37,892 bases of DNA, taken from the sequence record MZ375264.1; one strand, given 5' to 3'. The notes under the pieces are model-generated. The model ran no database searches, was not told the origin of the DNA, and saw only the letters and a program-made list of their open reading frames with translations. This DNA is from Escherichia phage T7. Position 1 is the stretch's first letter; the number at the start of each line of letters is the position of its first letter. The translations under genes and the position numbers were made by a program. Shown here piece after piece: positions 1 to 8,275 of this stretch.

Positions 1-141
1 TCTCACAGTGTACGGACCTAAAGTTCCCCCATAGGGGTACCTAAAGCCCAGCCAATCACCTAAAGTCAACCTTCGGTTGACCTTGAGGGTTCCCTAAGGG
101 TTTGTCTTTGGGTGTTACCTTGAGTGTCTCTCTGTGTCCCT
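1..141. repeat. TR-L: Left direct terminal repeat, 141 bp, identical to 37752-37892
   Basis: Exact identity of the first 141 nt with the last 141 nt of the window; begins TCTCACAGTGTACGGACCTAAAG, the T7 terminal redundancy. Confidence 0.95.
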
Positions 142-224
142 CCCTGTTACAGTCTCCTAAAGTATCCTCCTAAAGACGCCTTGTTGTTAGCCATAAAGTG
201 ATAACCTTTAATCATTGTCTTTAT
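142..224. repeat. Residual left-end array of CCTAAAG-type short direct repeats between the terminal repeat and phiOL
   Basis: Repeated CCTAAAG/CATAAAG heptamers visible at 147-178 and 191-197; in reference T7 this array is about 144 bp longer. Confidence 0.6.
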
Positions 225-247
225 TAATACAACTCACTATAGGGAGA
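225..247 (+). promoter_or_regulatory. phiOL: T7 RNA polymerase promoter phiOL (TAATACAACTCACTATAGGGAGA), +1 at 242
   Basis: 23-bp match to T7 promoter consensus with A at -11; position matches T7 phiOL (+1 at 405) after a 163-bp offset. Confidence 0.9.
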
Positions 248-298
248 GACAACTTAAAGAGACTTAAAAGATTAATTTAAAATTTATCAAAAAGAGTA

Positions 299-335
299 TT
301 GACTTAAAGTCTAACCTATAGGATACTTACAGCCA
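299..335 (+). promoter_or_regulatory. A1: E. coli RNAP early promoter A1 (-35 TTGACT 299-304, -10 GATACT 322-327)
   Basis: Sigma70-type hexamers with 17-bp spacing; matches T7 A1 context. Confidence 0.85.
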
Positions 336-425
336 TCGAGAGGGACACGGCGAATAGCCATCCCAATCGACACCGGGGTCAACCGGATAAGTAGACAGCC
401 TGATAAGTCGCACGAAAAACAGGTA

Positions 426-463
426 TTGACAACATGAAGTAACATGCAGTAAGATACAAATCG
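426..463 (+). promoter_or_regulatory. A2: E. coli RNAP early promoter A2 (-35 TTGACA 426-431, -10 TAAGAT 450-455)
   Basis: Sigma70-type hexamers; matches T7 A2 context. Confidence 0.85.
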
Positions 464-550
464 CTAGGTAACACTAGCAGCGTCAACCGGGCGCACAGTG
501 CCTTCTAGGTGACTTAAGCGCACCACGGCACATAAGGTGAAACAAAACGG

Positions 551-587
551 TTGGCAACATGAAGTAAACACGGTACGATGTACCACA
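551..587 (+). promoter_or_regulatory. A3: E. coli RNAP early promoter A3, with -35 reading TTGGCA (551-556) and -10 TACGAT (574-579)
   Basis: Same flanking sequence as A2 (GGTTG.CAACATGAAGTAA); the -35 differs from the A2 copy and from my recollection of T7 A3 (TTGACA) by one base. Confidence 0.75.
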
Positions 588-671
588 TGAAACGACAGTG
601 AGTCACCACACTGAAAGGTGATGCGGTCTAACGAAACCTGACCTAAGACGCTCTTTAACAATCTGGTAAAT

Positions 672-730
672 AGCTCTTGAGTGCATGACTAGCGGATAAC
701 TCAAGGGTATCGCAAGGTGCCCTTTATGAT
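672..730 (+). promoter_or_regulatory. R0.3: RNase III processing hairpin upstream of gene 0.3 (R0.3)
   Basis: Imperfect inverted repeat (CTTGAGT ... ACTCAAG, AAGGG ... CCCTT) at the position of T7 R0.3. Confidence 0.5.
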
Positions 731-761
731 ATTCACTAATAACTGCACGAGGTAACACAAG

Positions 762-1115
762 ATGGCTATGTCTAACATGACTTACAACAACGTTTTCGAC
801 CACGCTTACGAAATGCTGAAAGAAAACATCCGTTATGATGACATCCGTGACACTGATGACCTGCACGATGCTATTCACATGGCTGCCGATAATGCAGTTC
901 CGCACTACTACGCTGACATCTTTAGCGTAATGGCAAGTGAGGGCATTGACCTTGAGTTCGAAGACTCTGGTCTGATGCCTGACACCAAGGACGTAATCCG
1001 CATCCTGCAAGCGCGTATCTATGAGCAATTAACGATTGACCTCTGGGAAGACGCAGAAGACTTGCTCAATGAATACTTGGAGGAAGTCGAGGAGTACGAG
1101 GAGGATGAAGAGTAA
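762..1115 (+). CDS. 0.3: Gene 0.3 Ocr, DNA-mimic inhibitor of type I restriction-modification, 117 aa
   Basis: ORF 762-1115; highly acidic protein ending [11 protein letters not shown]; matches T7 Ocr. Confidence 0.95.
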
Positions 1116-1246
1116 TGTCTACTACCAACGTGCAATACGGTCTGACCGCTCAAACTGTACTTTTCTATAGCGACATGGGGCGGCGTGGCATAGACGAAAG
1201 GAAAAGGTTAAAGCCAAGAAACTCGCCGCACTTGAACAGGCACTAG
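1115..1246 (+). pseudogene. 0.4: Chimeric remnant ORF: first 21 codons of gene 0.4 fused across a deletion junction (about 1178-1180) to sequence from the end of the 0.6 region; 43 codons
   Basis: ATG overlaps the 0.3 stop (TAATG) as in T7; [21 protein letters not shown] then unrelated residues; about 563 bp shorter than T7 between 0.3 and 0.7. Confidence 0.7.
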
Positions 1247-1294
1247 CCAACACACTGAACGCTATCTCATAACGAACATAAAGGACACAATGCA

Positions 1295-2374
1295 ATGAAC
1301 ATTACCGACATCATGAACGCTATCGACGCAATCAAAGCACTGCCAATCTGTGAACTTGACAAGCGTCAAGGTATGCTTATCGACTTACTGGTCGAGATGG
1401 TCAACAGCGAGACGTGTGATGGCGAGCTAACCGAACTAAATCAGGCACTTGAGCATCAAGATTGGTGGACTACCTTGAAGTGTCTCACGGCTGACGCAGG
1501 GTTCAAGATGCTCGGTAATGGTCACTTCTCGGCTGCTTATAGTCACCCGCTGCTACCTAACAGAGTGATTAAGGTGGGCTTTAAGAAAGAGGATTCAGGC
1601 GCAGCCTATACCGCATTCTGCCGCATGTATCAGGGTCGTCCTGGTATCCCTAACGTCTACGATGTACAGCGCCACGCTGGATGCTATACGGTGGTACTTG
1701 ACGCACTTAAGGATTGCGAGCGTTTCAACAATGATGCCCATTATAAATACGCTGAGATTGCAAGCGACATCATTGATTGCAATTCGGATGAGCATGATGA
1801 GTTAACTGGATGGGATGGTGAGTTTGTTGAAACTTGTAAACTAATCCGCAAGTTCTTTGAGGGCATCGCCTCATTCGACATGCATAGCGGGAACATCATG
1901 TTCTCAAATGGAGACGTACCATACATCACCGACCCGGTATCATTCTCGCAGAAGAAAGACGGTGGCGCATTCAGCATCGACCCTGAGGAACTCATCAAGG
2001 AAGTCGAGGAAGTCGCACGACAGAAAGAAATTGACCGCGCTAAGGCCCGTAAAGAACGTCACGAGGGGCGCTTAGAGGCACGCAGATTCAAACGTCGCAA
2101 CCGCAAGGCACGTAAAGCACACAAAGCTAAGCGCGAAAGAATGCTTGCTGCGTGGCGATGGGCTGAACGTCAAGAACGGCGTAACCATGAGGTAGCTGTA
2201 GATGTACTAGGAAGAACCAATAACGCTATGCTCTGGGTCAACATGTTCTCTGGGGACTTTAAGGCGCTTGAGGAACGAATCGCGCTGCACTGGCGTAATG
2301 CTGACCGGATGGCTATCGCTAATGGTCTTACGCTCAACATTGATAAGCAACTTGACGCAATGTTAATGGGCTGA
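1295..2374 (+). CDS. 0.7: Gene 0.7 serine/threonine protein kinase and host transcription shut-off protein, 359 aa
   Basis: ORF 1295-2374, length and sequence match T7 gp0.7; basic C-terminal region. Confidence 0.95.
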
Positions 2375-2384
2375 TAGTCTTATC

Positions 2385-2432
2385 TTACAGGTCATCTGCG
2401 GGTGGCCTGAATAGGTACGATTTACTAACTGG
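2385..2432 (+). promoter_or_regulatory. R1: RNase III processing hairpin upstream of gene 1 (R1)
   Basis: Inverted repeat CAGGTCATC ... GGTGGCCTG just upstream of the gene 1 RBS. Confidence 0.45.
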
Positions 2433-2444
2433 AAGAGGCACTAA

Positions 2445-5096
2445 ATGAACACGATTAACATCGCTAAGAACGACTTCTCTGACATCGAACTGGCTGCTAT
2501 CCCGTTCAACACTCTGGCTGACCATTACGGTGAGCGTTTAGCTCGCGAACAGTTGGCCCTTGAGCATGAGTCTTACGAGATGGGTGAAGCACGCTTCCGC
2601 AAGATGTTTGAGCGTCAACTTAAAGCTGGTGAGGTTGCGGATAACGCTGCCGCCAAGCCTCTCATCACTACCCTACTCCCTAAGATGATTGCACGCATCA
2701 ACGACTGGTTTGAGGAAGTGAAAGCTAAGCGCGGCAAGCGCCCGACAGCCTTCCAGTTCCTGCAAGAAATCAAGCCGGAAGCCGTAGCGTACATCACCAT
2801 TAAGACCACTCTGGCTTGCCTAACCAGTGCTGACAATACAACCGTTCAGGCTGCAGCAAGCGCAATCGGTCGGGCCATTGAGGACGAGGCTCGCTTCGGT
2901 CGTATCCGTGACCTTGAAGCTAAGCACTTCAAGAAAAACGTTGAGGAACAACTCAACAAGCGCGTAGGGCACGTCTACAAGAAAGCATTTATGCGAGTTG
3001 TCGAGGCTGACATGCTCTCTAAGGGTCTACTCGGTGGCGAGGCGTGGTCTTCGTGGCATAAGGAAGACTCTATTCATGTAGGAGTACGCTGCATCGAGAT
3101 GCTCATTGAGTCAACCGGAATGGTTAGCTTACACCGCCAAAATGCTGGCGTAGTAGGTCAAGACTCTGAGACTATCGAACTCGCACCTGAATACGCTGAG
3201 GCTATCGCAACCCGTGCAGGTGCGCTGGCTGGCATCTCTCCGATGTTCCAACCTTGCGTAGTTCCTCCTAAGCCGTGGACTGGCATTACTGGTGGTGGCT
3301 ATTGGGCTAACGGTCGTCGTCCTCTGGCGCTGGTGCGTACTCACAGTAAGAAAGCACTGATGCGCTACGAAGACGTTTACATGCCTGAGGTGTACAAAGC
3401 GATTAACATTGCGCAAAACACCGCATGGAAAATCAACAAGAAAGTCCTAGCGGTCGCCAACGTAATCACCAAGTGGAAGCATTGTCCGGTCGAGGACATC
3501 CCTGCGATTGAGCGTGAAGAACTCCCGATGAAACCGGAAGACATCGACATGAATCCTGAGGCTCTCACCGCGTGGAAACGTGCTGCCGCTGCTGTGTACC
3601 GCAAGGACAAGGCTCGCAAGTCTCGCCGTATCAGCCTTGAGTTCATGCTTGAGCAAGCCAATAAGTTTGCTAACCATAAGGCCATCTGGTTCCCTTACAA
3701 CATGGACTGGCGCGGTCGTGTTTACGCTGTGTCAATGTTCAACCCGCAAGGTAACGATATGACCAAAGGACTGCTTACGCTGGCGAAAGGTAAACCAATC
3801 GGTAAGGAAGGTTACTACTGGCTGAAAATCCACGGTGCAAACTGTGCGGGTGTCGATAAGGTTCCGTTCCCTGAGCGCATCAAGTTCATTGAGGAAAACC
3901 ACGAGAACATCATGGCTTGCGCTAAGTCTCCACTGGAGAACACTTGGTGGGCTGAGCAAGATTCTCCGTTCTGCTTCCTTGCGTTCTGCTTTGAGTACGC
4001 TGGGGTACAGCACCACGGCCTGAGCTATAACTGCTCCCTTCCGCTGGCGTTTGACGGGTCTTGCTCTGGCATCCAGCACTTCTCCGCGATGCTCCGAGAT
4101 GAGGTAGGTGGTCGCGCGGTTAACTTGCTTCCTAGTGAAACCGTTCAGGACATCTACGGGATTGTTGCTAAGAAAGTCAACGAGATTCTACAAGCAGACG
4201 CAATCAATGGGACCGATAACGAAGTAGTTACCGTGACCGATGAGAACACTGGTGAAATCTCTGAGAAAGTCAAGCTGGGCACTAAGGCACTGGCTGGTCA
4301 ATGGCTGGCTTACGGTGTTACTCGCAGTGTGACTAAGCGTTCAGTCATGACGCTGGCTTACGGGTCCAAAGAGTTCGGCTTCCGTCAACAAGTGCTGGAA
4401 GATACCATTCAGCCAGCTATTGATTCCGGCAAGGGTCTGATGTTCACTCAGCCGAATCAGGCTGCTGGATACATGGCTAAGCTGATTTGGGAATCTGTGA
4501 GCGTGACGGTGGTAGCTGCGGTTGAAGCAATGAACTGGCTTAAGTCTGCTGCTAAGCTGCTGGCTGCTGAGGTCAAAGATAAGAAGACTGGAGAGATTCT
4601 TCGCAAGCGTTGCGCTGTGCATTGGGTAACTCCTGATGGTTTCCCTGTGTGGCAGGAATACAAGAAGCCTATTCAGACGCGCTTGAACCTGATGTTCCTC
4701 GGTCAGTTCCGCTTACAGCCTACCATTAACACCAACAAAGATAGCGAGATTGATGCACACAAACAGGAGTCTGGTATCGCTCCTAACTTTGTACACAGCC
4801 AAGACGGTAGCCACCTTCGTAAGACTGTAGTGTGGGCACACGAGAAGTACGGAATCGAATCTTTTGCACTGATTCACGACTCCTTCGGTACCATTCCGGC
4901 TGACGCTGCGAACCTGTTCAAAGCAGTGCGCGAAACTATGGTTGACACATATGAGTCTTGTGATGTACTGGCTGATTTCTACGACCAGTTCGCTGACCAG
5001 TTGCACGAGTCTCAATTGGACAAAATGCCAGCACTTCCGGCTAAAGGTAACTTGAACCTCCGTGACATCTTAGAGTCGGACTTCGCGTTCGCGTAA
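2445..5096 (+). CDS. 1: Gene 1 T7 RNA polymerase, 883 aa
   Basis: ORF 2445-5096; catalytic D537 (AFDGSCSG) and H811/D812 (IHDSFG), Y639 (LAYGSKEF), specificity loop with R746, N748, R756, Q758 all present; ends FAFA. Confidence 0.98.
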   Translation: MNTINIAKNDFSDIELAAIPFNTLADHYGERLAREQLALEHESYEMGEARFRKMFERQLKAGEVADNAAAKPLITTLLPKMIARINDWFEEVKAKRGKRPTAFQFLQEIKPEAVAYITIKTTLACLTSADNTTVQAAASAIGRAIEDEARFGRIRDLEAKHFKKNVEEQLNKRVGHVYKKAFMRVVEADMLSKGLLGGEAWSSWHKEDSIHVGVRCIEMLIESTGMVSLHRQNAGVVGQDSETIELAPEYAEAIATRAGALAGISPMFQPCVVPPKPWTGITGGGYWANGRRPLALVRTHSKKALMRYEDVYMPEVYKAINIAQNTAWKINKKVLAVANVITKWKHCPVEDIPAIEREELPMKPEDIDMNPEALTAWKRAAAAVYRKDKARKSRRISLEFMLEQANKFANHKAIWFPYNMDWRGRVYAVSMFNPQGNDMTKGLLTLAKGKPIGKEGYYWLKIHGANCAGVDKVPFPERIKFIEENHENIMACAKSPLENTWWAEQDSPFCFLAFCFEYAGVQHHGLSYNCSLPLAFDGSCSGIQHFSAMLRDEVGGRAVNLLPSETVQDIYGIVAKKVNEILQADAINGTDNEVVTVTDENTGEISEKVKLGTKALAGQWLAYGVTRSVTKRSVMTLAYGSKEFGFRQQVLEDTIQPAIDSGKGLMFTQPNQAAGYMAKLIWESVSVTVVAAVEAMNWLKSAAKLLAAEVKDKKTGEILRKRCAVHWVTPDGFPVWQEYKKPIQTRLNLMFLGQFRLQPTINTNKDSEIDAHKQESGIAPNFVHSQDGSHLRKTVVWAHEKYGIESFALIHDSFGTIPADAANLFKAVRETMVDTYESCDVLADFYDQFADQLHESQLDKMPALPAKGNLNLRDILESDFAFA

Positions 5097-5104
5097 CGCC
5101 AAAT

Positions 5105-5127
5105 CAATACGACTCACTATAGAGGGA
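5105..5127 (+). promoter_or_regulatory. phi1.1A: T7 promoter phi1.1A (CAATACGACTCACTATAGAGGGA), +1 at 5122
   Basis: Promoter-like 23-mer; position matches T7 phi1.1A. Confidence 0.9.
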
Positions 5128-5132
5128 CAAAC

Positions 5133-5178
5133 TCAAGGTCATTCGCAAGAGTGGCCTTTATGATTGACCTTCTTCCGG
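5133..5178 (+). promoter_or_regulatory. R1.1: RNase III processing hairpin R1.1
   Basis: Inverted repeat AAGGTCA ... TGACCTT between phi1.1A and phi1.1B. Confidence 0.5.
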
Positions 5179-5179
5179 T

Positions 5180-5202
5180 TAATACGACTCACTATAGGAG
5201 AA
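5180..5202 (+). promoter_or_regulatory. phi1.1B: T7 promoter phi1.1B (TAATACGACTCACTATAGGAGAA), +1 at 5197
   Basis: Promoter-like 23-mer; position matches T7 phi1.1B. Confidence 0.9.
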
Positions 5203-5280
5203 CCTTAAGGTTTAACTTTAAGACCCTTAAGTGTTAATTAGAGATTTAAATTAAAGAATTACTAAGAGAGGACTTTAAGT

Positions 5281-5409
5281 ATGCGTAACTTCGAAAAGAT
5301 GACCAAACGTTCTAACCGTAATGCTCGTGACTTCGAGGCAACCAAAGGTCGCAAGTTGAATAAGACTAAGCGTGACCGCTCTCACAAGCGTAGCTGGGAG
5401 GGTCAGTAA
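5281..5409 (+). CDS. 1.1: Gene 1.1, small basic protein, 42 aa
   Basis: ATG 5281 with an upstream GAGAGG RBS, stop TAA 5407-5409; position matches T7 gene 1.1. Confidence 0.75.
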   Translation: MRNFEKMTKRSNRNARDFEATKGRKLNKTKRDRSHKRSWEGQ

Positions 5410-5410
5410 G

Positions 5411-5668
5411 ATGGGACGTTTATATAGTGGTAATCTGGCAGCATTCAAGGCAGCAACAAACAAGCTGTTCCAGTTAGACTTAGCGGTCATTTATGATGAC
5501 TGGTATGATGCCTATACAAGAAAAGATTGCATACGGTTACGTATTGAGGACAGGAGTGGAAACCTGATTGATACTAGCACCTTCTACCACCACGACGAGG
5601 ACGTTCTGTTCAATATGTGTACTGATTGGTTGAACCATATGTATGACCAGTTGAAGGACTGGAAGTAA
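5411..5668 (+). CDS. 1.2: Gene 1.2, inhibitor of host dGTPase, 85 aa
   Basis: ATG 5411 (MGRLYSGNLAAF...) within ORF-track entry 5372-5668; matches T7 gp1.2. Confidence 0.85.
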   Translation: MGRLYSGNLAAFKAATNKLFQLDLAVIYDDWYDAYTRKDCIRLRIEDRSGNLIDTSTFYHHDEDVLFNMCTDWLNHMYDQLKDWK

Positions 5669-5688
5669 TACGACTCAGTATAGGGACA
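5666..5688 (+). promoter_or_regulatory. phi1.3: T7 promoter phi1.3 (TAATACGACTCAGTATAGGGACA), +1 at 5683
   Basis: Promoter 23-mer with G at -5 as in T7 phi1.3; overlaps the gene 1.2 stop. Confidence 0.9.
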
Positions 5689-5694
5689 ATGCTT

Positions 5695-5742
5695 AAGGTC
5701 GCTCTCTAGGAGTGGCCTTAGTCATTTAACCAATAGGAGATA
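5695..5742 (+). promoter_or_regulatory. R1.3: RNase III processing hairpin R1.3
   Basis: Inverted repeat AAGGTCGC ... GTGGCCTT upstream of the gene 1.3 RBS. Confidence 0.45.
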
Positions 5743-5748
5743 AACATT

Positions 5749-6828
5749 ATGATGAACATTAAGACTAACCCGTTTAAAGCCGTGTCTTTCGTAGAGTCTG
5801 CCATTAAGAAGGCTCTGGATAACGCTGGGTATCTTATCGCTGAAATCAAGTACGATGGTGTACGCGGGAACATCTGCGTAGACAATACTGCTAACAGTTA
5901 CTGGCTCTCTCGTGTATCTAAAACGATTCCGGCACTGGAGCACTTAAACGGGTTTGATGTTCGCTGGAAGCGTCTACTGAACGATGACCGTTGCTTCTAC
6001 AAAGATGGCTTTATGCTTGATGGGGAACTCATGGTCAAGGGCGTAGACTTTAACACAGGGTCCGGCCTACTGCGTACCAAATGGACTGACACGAAGAACC
6101 AAGAGTTCCATGAAGAGTTATTCGTTGAACCAATCCGTAAGAAAGATAAAGTTCCCTTTAAGCTGCACACTGGACACCTTCACATAAAACTGTACGCTAT
6201 CCTCCCGCTGCACATCGTGGAGTCTGGAGAAGACTGTGATGTCATGACGTTGCTCATGCAGGAACACGTTAAGAACATGCTGCCTCTGCTACAGGAATAC
6301 TTCCCTGAAATCGAATGGCAAGCGGCTGAATCTTACGAGGTCTACGATATGGTAGAACTACAGCAACTGTACGAGCAGAAGCGAGCAGAAGGCCATGAGG
6401 GTCTCATTGTGAAAGACCCGATGTGTATCTATAAGCGCGGTAAGAAATCTGGCTGGTGGAAAATGAAACCTGAGAACGAAGCTGACGGTATCATTCAGGG
6501 TCTGGTATGGGGTACAAAAGGTCTGGCTAATGAAGGTAAAGTGATTGGTTTTGAGGTGCTTCTTGAGAGTGGTCGTTTAGTTAACGCCACGAATATCTCT
6601 CGCGCCTTAATGGATGAGTTCACTGAGACAGTAAAAGAGGCCACCCTAAGTCAATGGGGATTCTTTAGCCCATACGGTATTGGCGACAACGATGCTTGTA
6701 CTATTAACCCTTACGATGGCTGGGCGTGTCAAATTAGCTACATGGAGGAAACACCTGATGGCTCTTTGCGGCACCCATCGTTCGTAATGTTCCGTGGCAC
6801 CGAGGACAACCCTCAAGAGAAAATGTAA
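5749..6828 (+). CDS. 1.3: Gene 1.3 ATP-dependent DNA ligase, 359 aa
   Basis: ORF 5749-6828; adenylation motif KYDGVR (AEIKYDGVRG) near the N-terminus. Confidence 0.97.
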   Translation: MMNIKTNPFKAVSFVESAIKKALDNAGYLIAEIKYDGVRGNICVDNTANSYWLSRVSKTIPALEHLNGFDVRWKRLLNDDRCFYKDGFMLDGELMVKGVDFNTGSGLLRTKWTDTKNQEFHEELFVEPIRKKDKVPFKLHTGHLHIKLYAILPLHIVESGEDCDVMTLLMQEHVKNMLPLLQEYFPEIEWQAAESYEVYDMVELQQLYEQKRAEGHEGLIVKDPMCIYKRGKKSGWWKMKPENEADGIIQGLVWGTKGLANEGKVIGFEVLLESGRLVNATNISRALMDEFTETVKEATLSQWGFFSPYGIGDNDACTINPYDGWACQISYMEETPDGSLRHPSFVMFRGTEDNPQEKM

Positions 6829-6835
6829 TCACACT

Positions 6836-6863
6836 GGCTCACCTTCGGGTGGGCCTTTCTGCG
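6836..6863 (+). terminator. TE: Early terminator TE for E. coli RNA polymerase (GC hairpin GGCTCACC-TTCG-GGTGGGCC followed by TTTCT)
   Basis: Stem-loop plus T-tract immediately after gene 1.3. Confidence 0.85.
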
Positions 6864-6878
6864 TTTATAAGGAGACAC

Positions 6879-6901
6879 TTTTACGACTCACTAAAGGAGG
6901 T
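6879..6901 (+). promoter_or_regulatory. phi1.5: T7 promoter phi1.5 with altered upstream edge (TTTTACGACTCACTAAAGGAGG), +1 at 6896
   Basis: Core CGACTCACTAAAGGAGG intact, but positions -16 and -15 read TT instead of the consensus AA because the sequence joins directly to the gene 1.3/TE downstream region. Confidence 0.75.
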
Positions 6902-6908
6902 ACACACC

Positions 6909-6998
6909 ATGATGTACTTAATGCCATTACTCATCGTCATTGTAGGATGCCTTGCGCTCCACTGTAGCGATGATGATATGCCAGATGGTCACGCTTAA
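6909..6998 (+). CDS. 1.5: Gene 1.5, small hydrophobic protein, 29 aa
   Basis: ATG 6909 (MMYLMPLLIVIVGCLALHCSDDDMPDGHA), stop TAA overlapping the phi1.6 promoter. Confidence 0.7.
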   Translation: MMYLMPLLIVIVGCLALHCSDDDMPDGHA

Positions 6999-7018
6999 TA
7001 CGACTCACTAAAGGAGAC
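6996..7018 (+). promoter_or_regulatory. phi1.6: T7 promoter phi1.6 (TAATACGACTCACTAAAGGAGAC), +1 at 7013
   Basis: Promoter 23-mer; position matches T7 phi1.6. Confidence 0.9.
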
Positions 7019-7023
7019 ACTAT

Positions 7024-7284
7024 ATGTTTCGACTTCATTACAACAAAAGCGTTAAGAATTTCACGGTTCGCCGTGCTGACCGTTCAATCGTATGTGCGAG
7101 CGAGCGCCGAGCTAAGATACCTCTTATTGGTAACACAGTTCCTTTGGCACCGAGCGTCCACATCATTATCACCCGTGGTGACTTTGAGAAAGCAATAGAC
7201 AAGAAACGTCCGGTTCTTAGTGTGGCAGTGACCCGCTTCCCGTTCGTCCGTCTGTTACTCAAACGAATCAAGGAGGTGTTCTGA
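7024..7284 (+). CDS. 1.6: Gene 1.6, 86 aa, function unknown
   Basis: ORF 7024-7284, matches T7 gp1.6 length. Confidence 0.85.
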
Positions 7285-7866
7285 TGGGACTGTTAGATGG
7301 TGAAGCCTGGGAAAAAGAAAACCCGCCAGTACAAGCAACTGGGTGTATAGCTTGCTTAGAGAAAGATGACCGTTATCCACACACCTGTAACAAAGGAGCT
7401 AACGATATGACCGAACGTGAACAAGAGATGATCATTAAGTTGATAGACAATAATGAAGGTCGCCCAGATGATTTGAATGGCTGCGGTATTCTCTGCTCCA
7501 ATGTCCCTTGCCACCTCTGCCCCGCAAATAACGATCAAAAGATAACCTTAGGTGAAATCCGAGCGATGGACCCACGTAAACCACATCTGAATAAACCTGA
7601 GGTAACTCCTACAGATGACCAGCCTTCCGCTGAGACAATCGAAGGTGTCACTAAGCCTTCCCACTACATGCTGTTTGACGACATTGAGGCTATCGAAGTG
7701 ATTGCTCGTTCAATGACCGTTGAGCAGTTCAAGGGATACTGCTTCGGTAACATCTTAAAGTACAGACTACGTGCTGGTAAGAAGTCAGAGTTAGCGTACT
7801 TAGAGAAAGACCTAGCGAAAGCAGACTTCTATAAAGAACTCTTTGAGAAACATAAGGATAAATGTT

Positions 7867-7874
<8 letters not shown>
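7284..7874 (+). CDS. 1.7: Gene 1.7, 196 aa (nucleotide kinase in T7)
   Basis: ORF 7284-7874, start overlapping the 1.6 stop (TGATG). Confidence 0.9.
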
Positions 7875-8207
<333 letters not shown>

Positions 8208-8210
<3 letters not shown>

Positions 8211-8230
8211 TACGACTCACTATTAGGGAA
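8208..8230 (+). promoter_or_regulatory. phi2.5: T7 promoter phi2.5 (TAATACGACTCACTATTAGGGAA), A-initiating, +1 at 8225
   Basis: Matches the known A-start class II promoter phi2.5; overlaps the gene 2 stop. Confidence 0.9.
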
Positions 8231-8275
8231 GACTCCCTCTGAGAAACCAAACGAAACCTAAAGGAGATTAACATT

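Larger units (their letters stand above)
5105..5280. other. ori: Primary origin of DNA replication region (phi1.1A/phi1.1B promoters plus the AT-rich stretch 5221-5280)
   Basis: Tandem T7 promoters followed by an AT-rich segment, the arrangement described for the T7 primary origin. Confidence 0.5.

Noticed and set aside
142-224. CRISPR array or other structured repeat locus at the left end
   Set aside because: The repeats are 7-bp CCTAAAG units without spacers of regular length; this is the known T7 left-end repeat array, not a CRISPR.
225-247. Possible base change in phiOL near +1 (window TATAGGGAGA; I half-remember TATAAGGAGA in T7)
   Set aside because: My recollection of the reference phiOL sequence is not reliable enough to call this; needs alignment.
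1857-2075. 72-aa + strand ORF overlapping gene 0.7 in another frame, and similar short overlapping ORFs (3580-3762, 3835-4023, 13670-13987)
   Set aside because: Embedded out of frame in large conserved genes, with no RBS or known T7 counterpart; likely non-coding.
2445-5096. Possible amino-acid substitutions in T7 RNA polymerase (e.g. around residues 137 and 184)
   Set aside because: Cannot be verified from memory; the catalytic and promoter-specificity residues I can place (D537, Y639, R746, N748, R756, Q758, H811, D812, K172/R173) are wild type.
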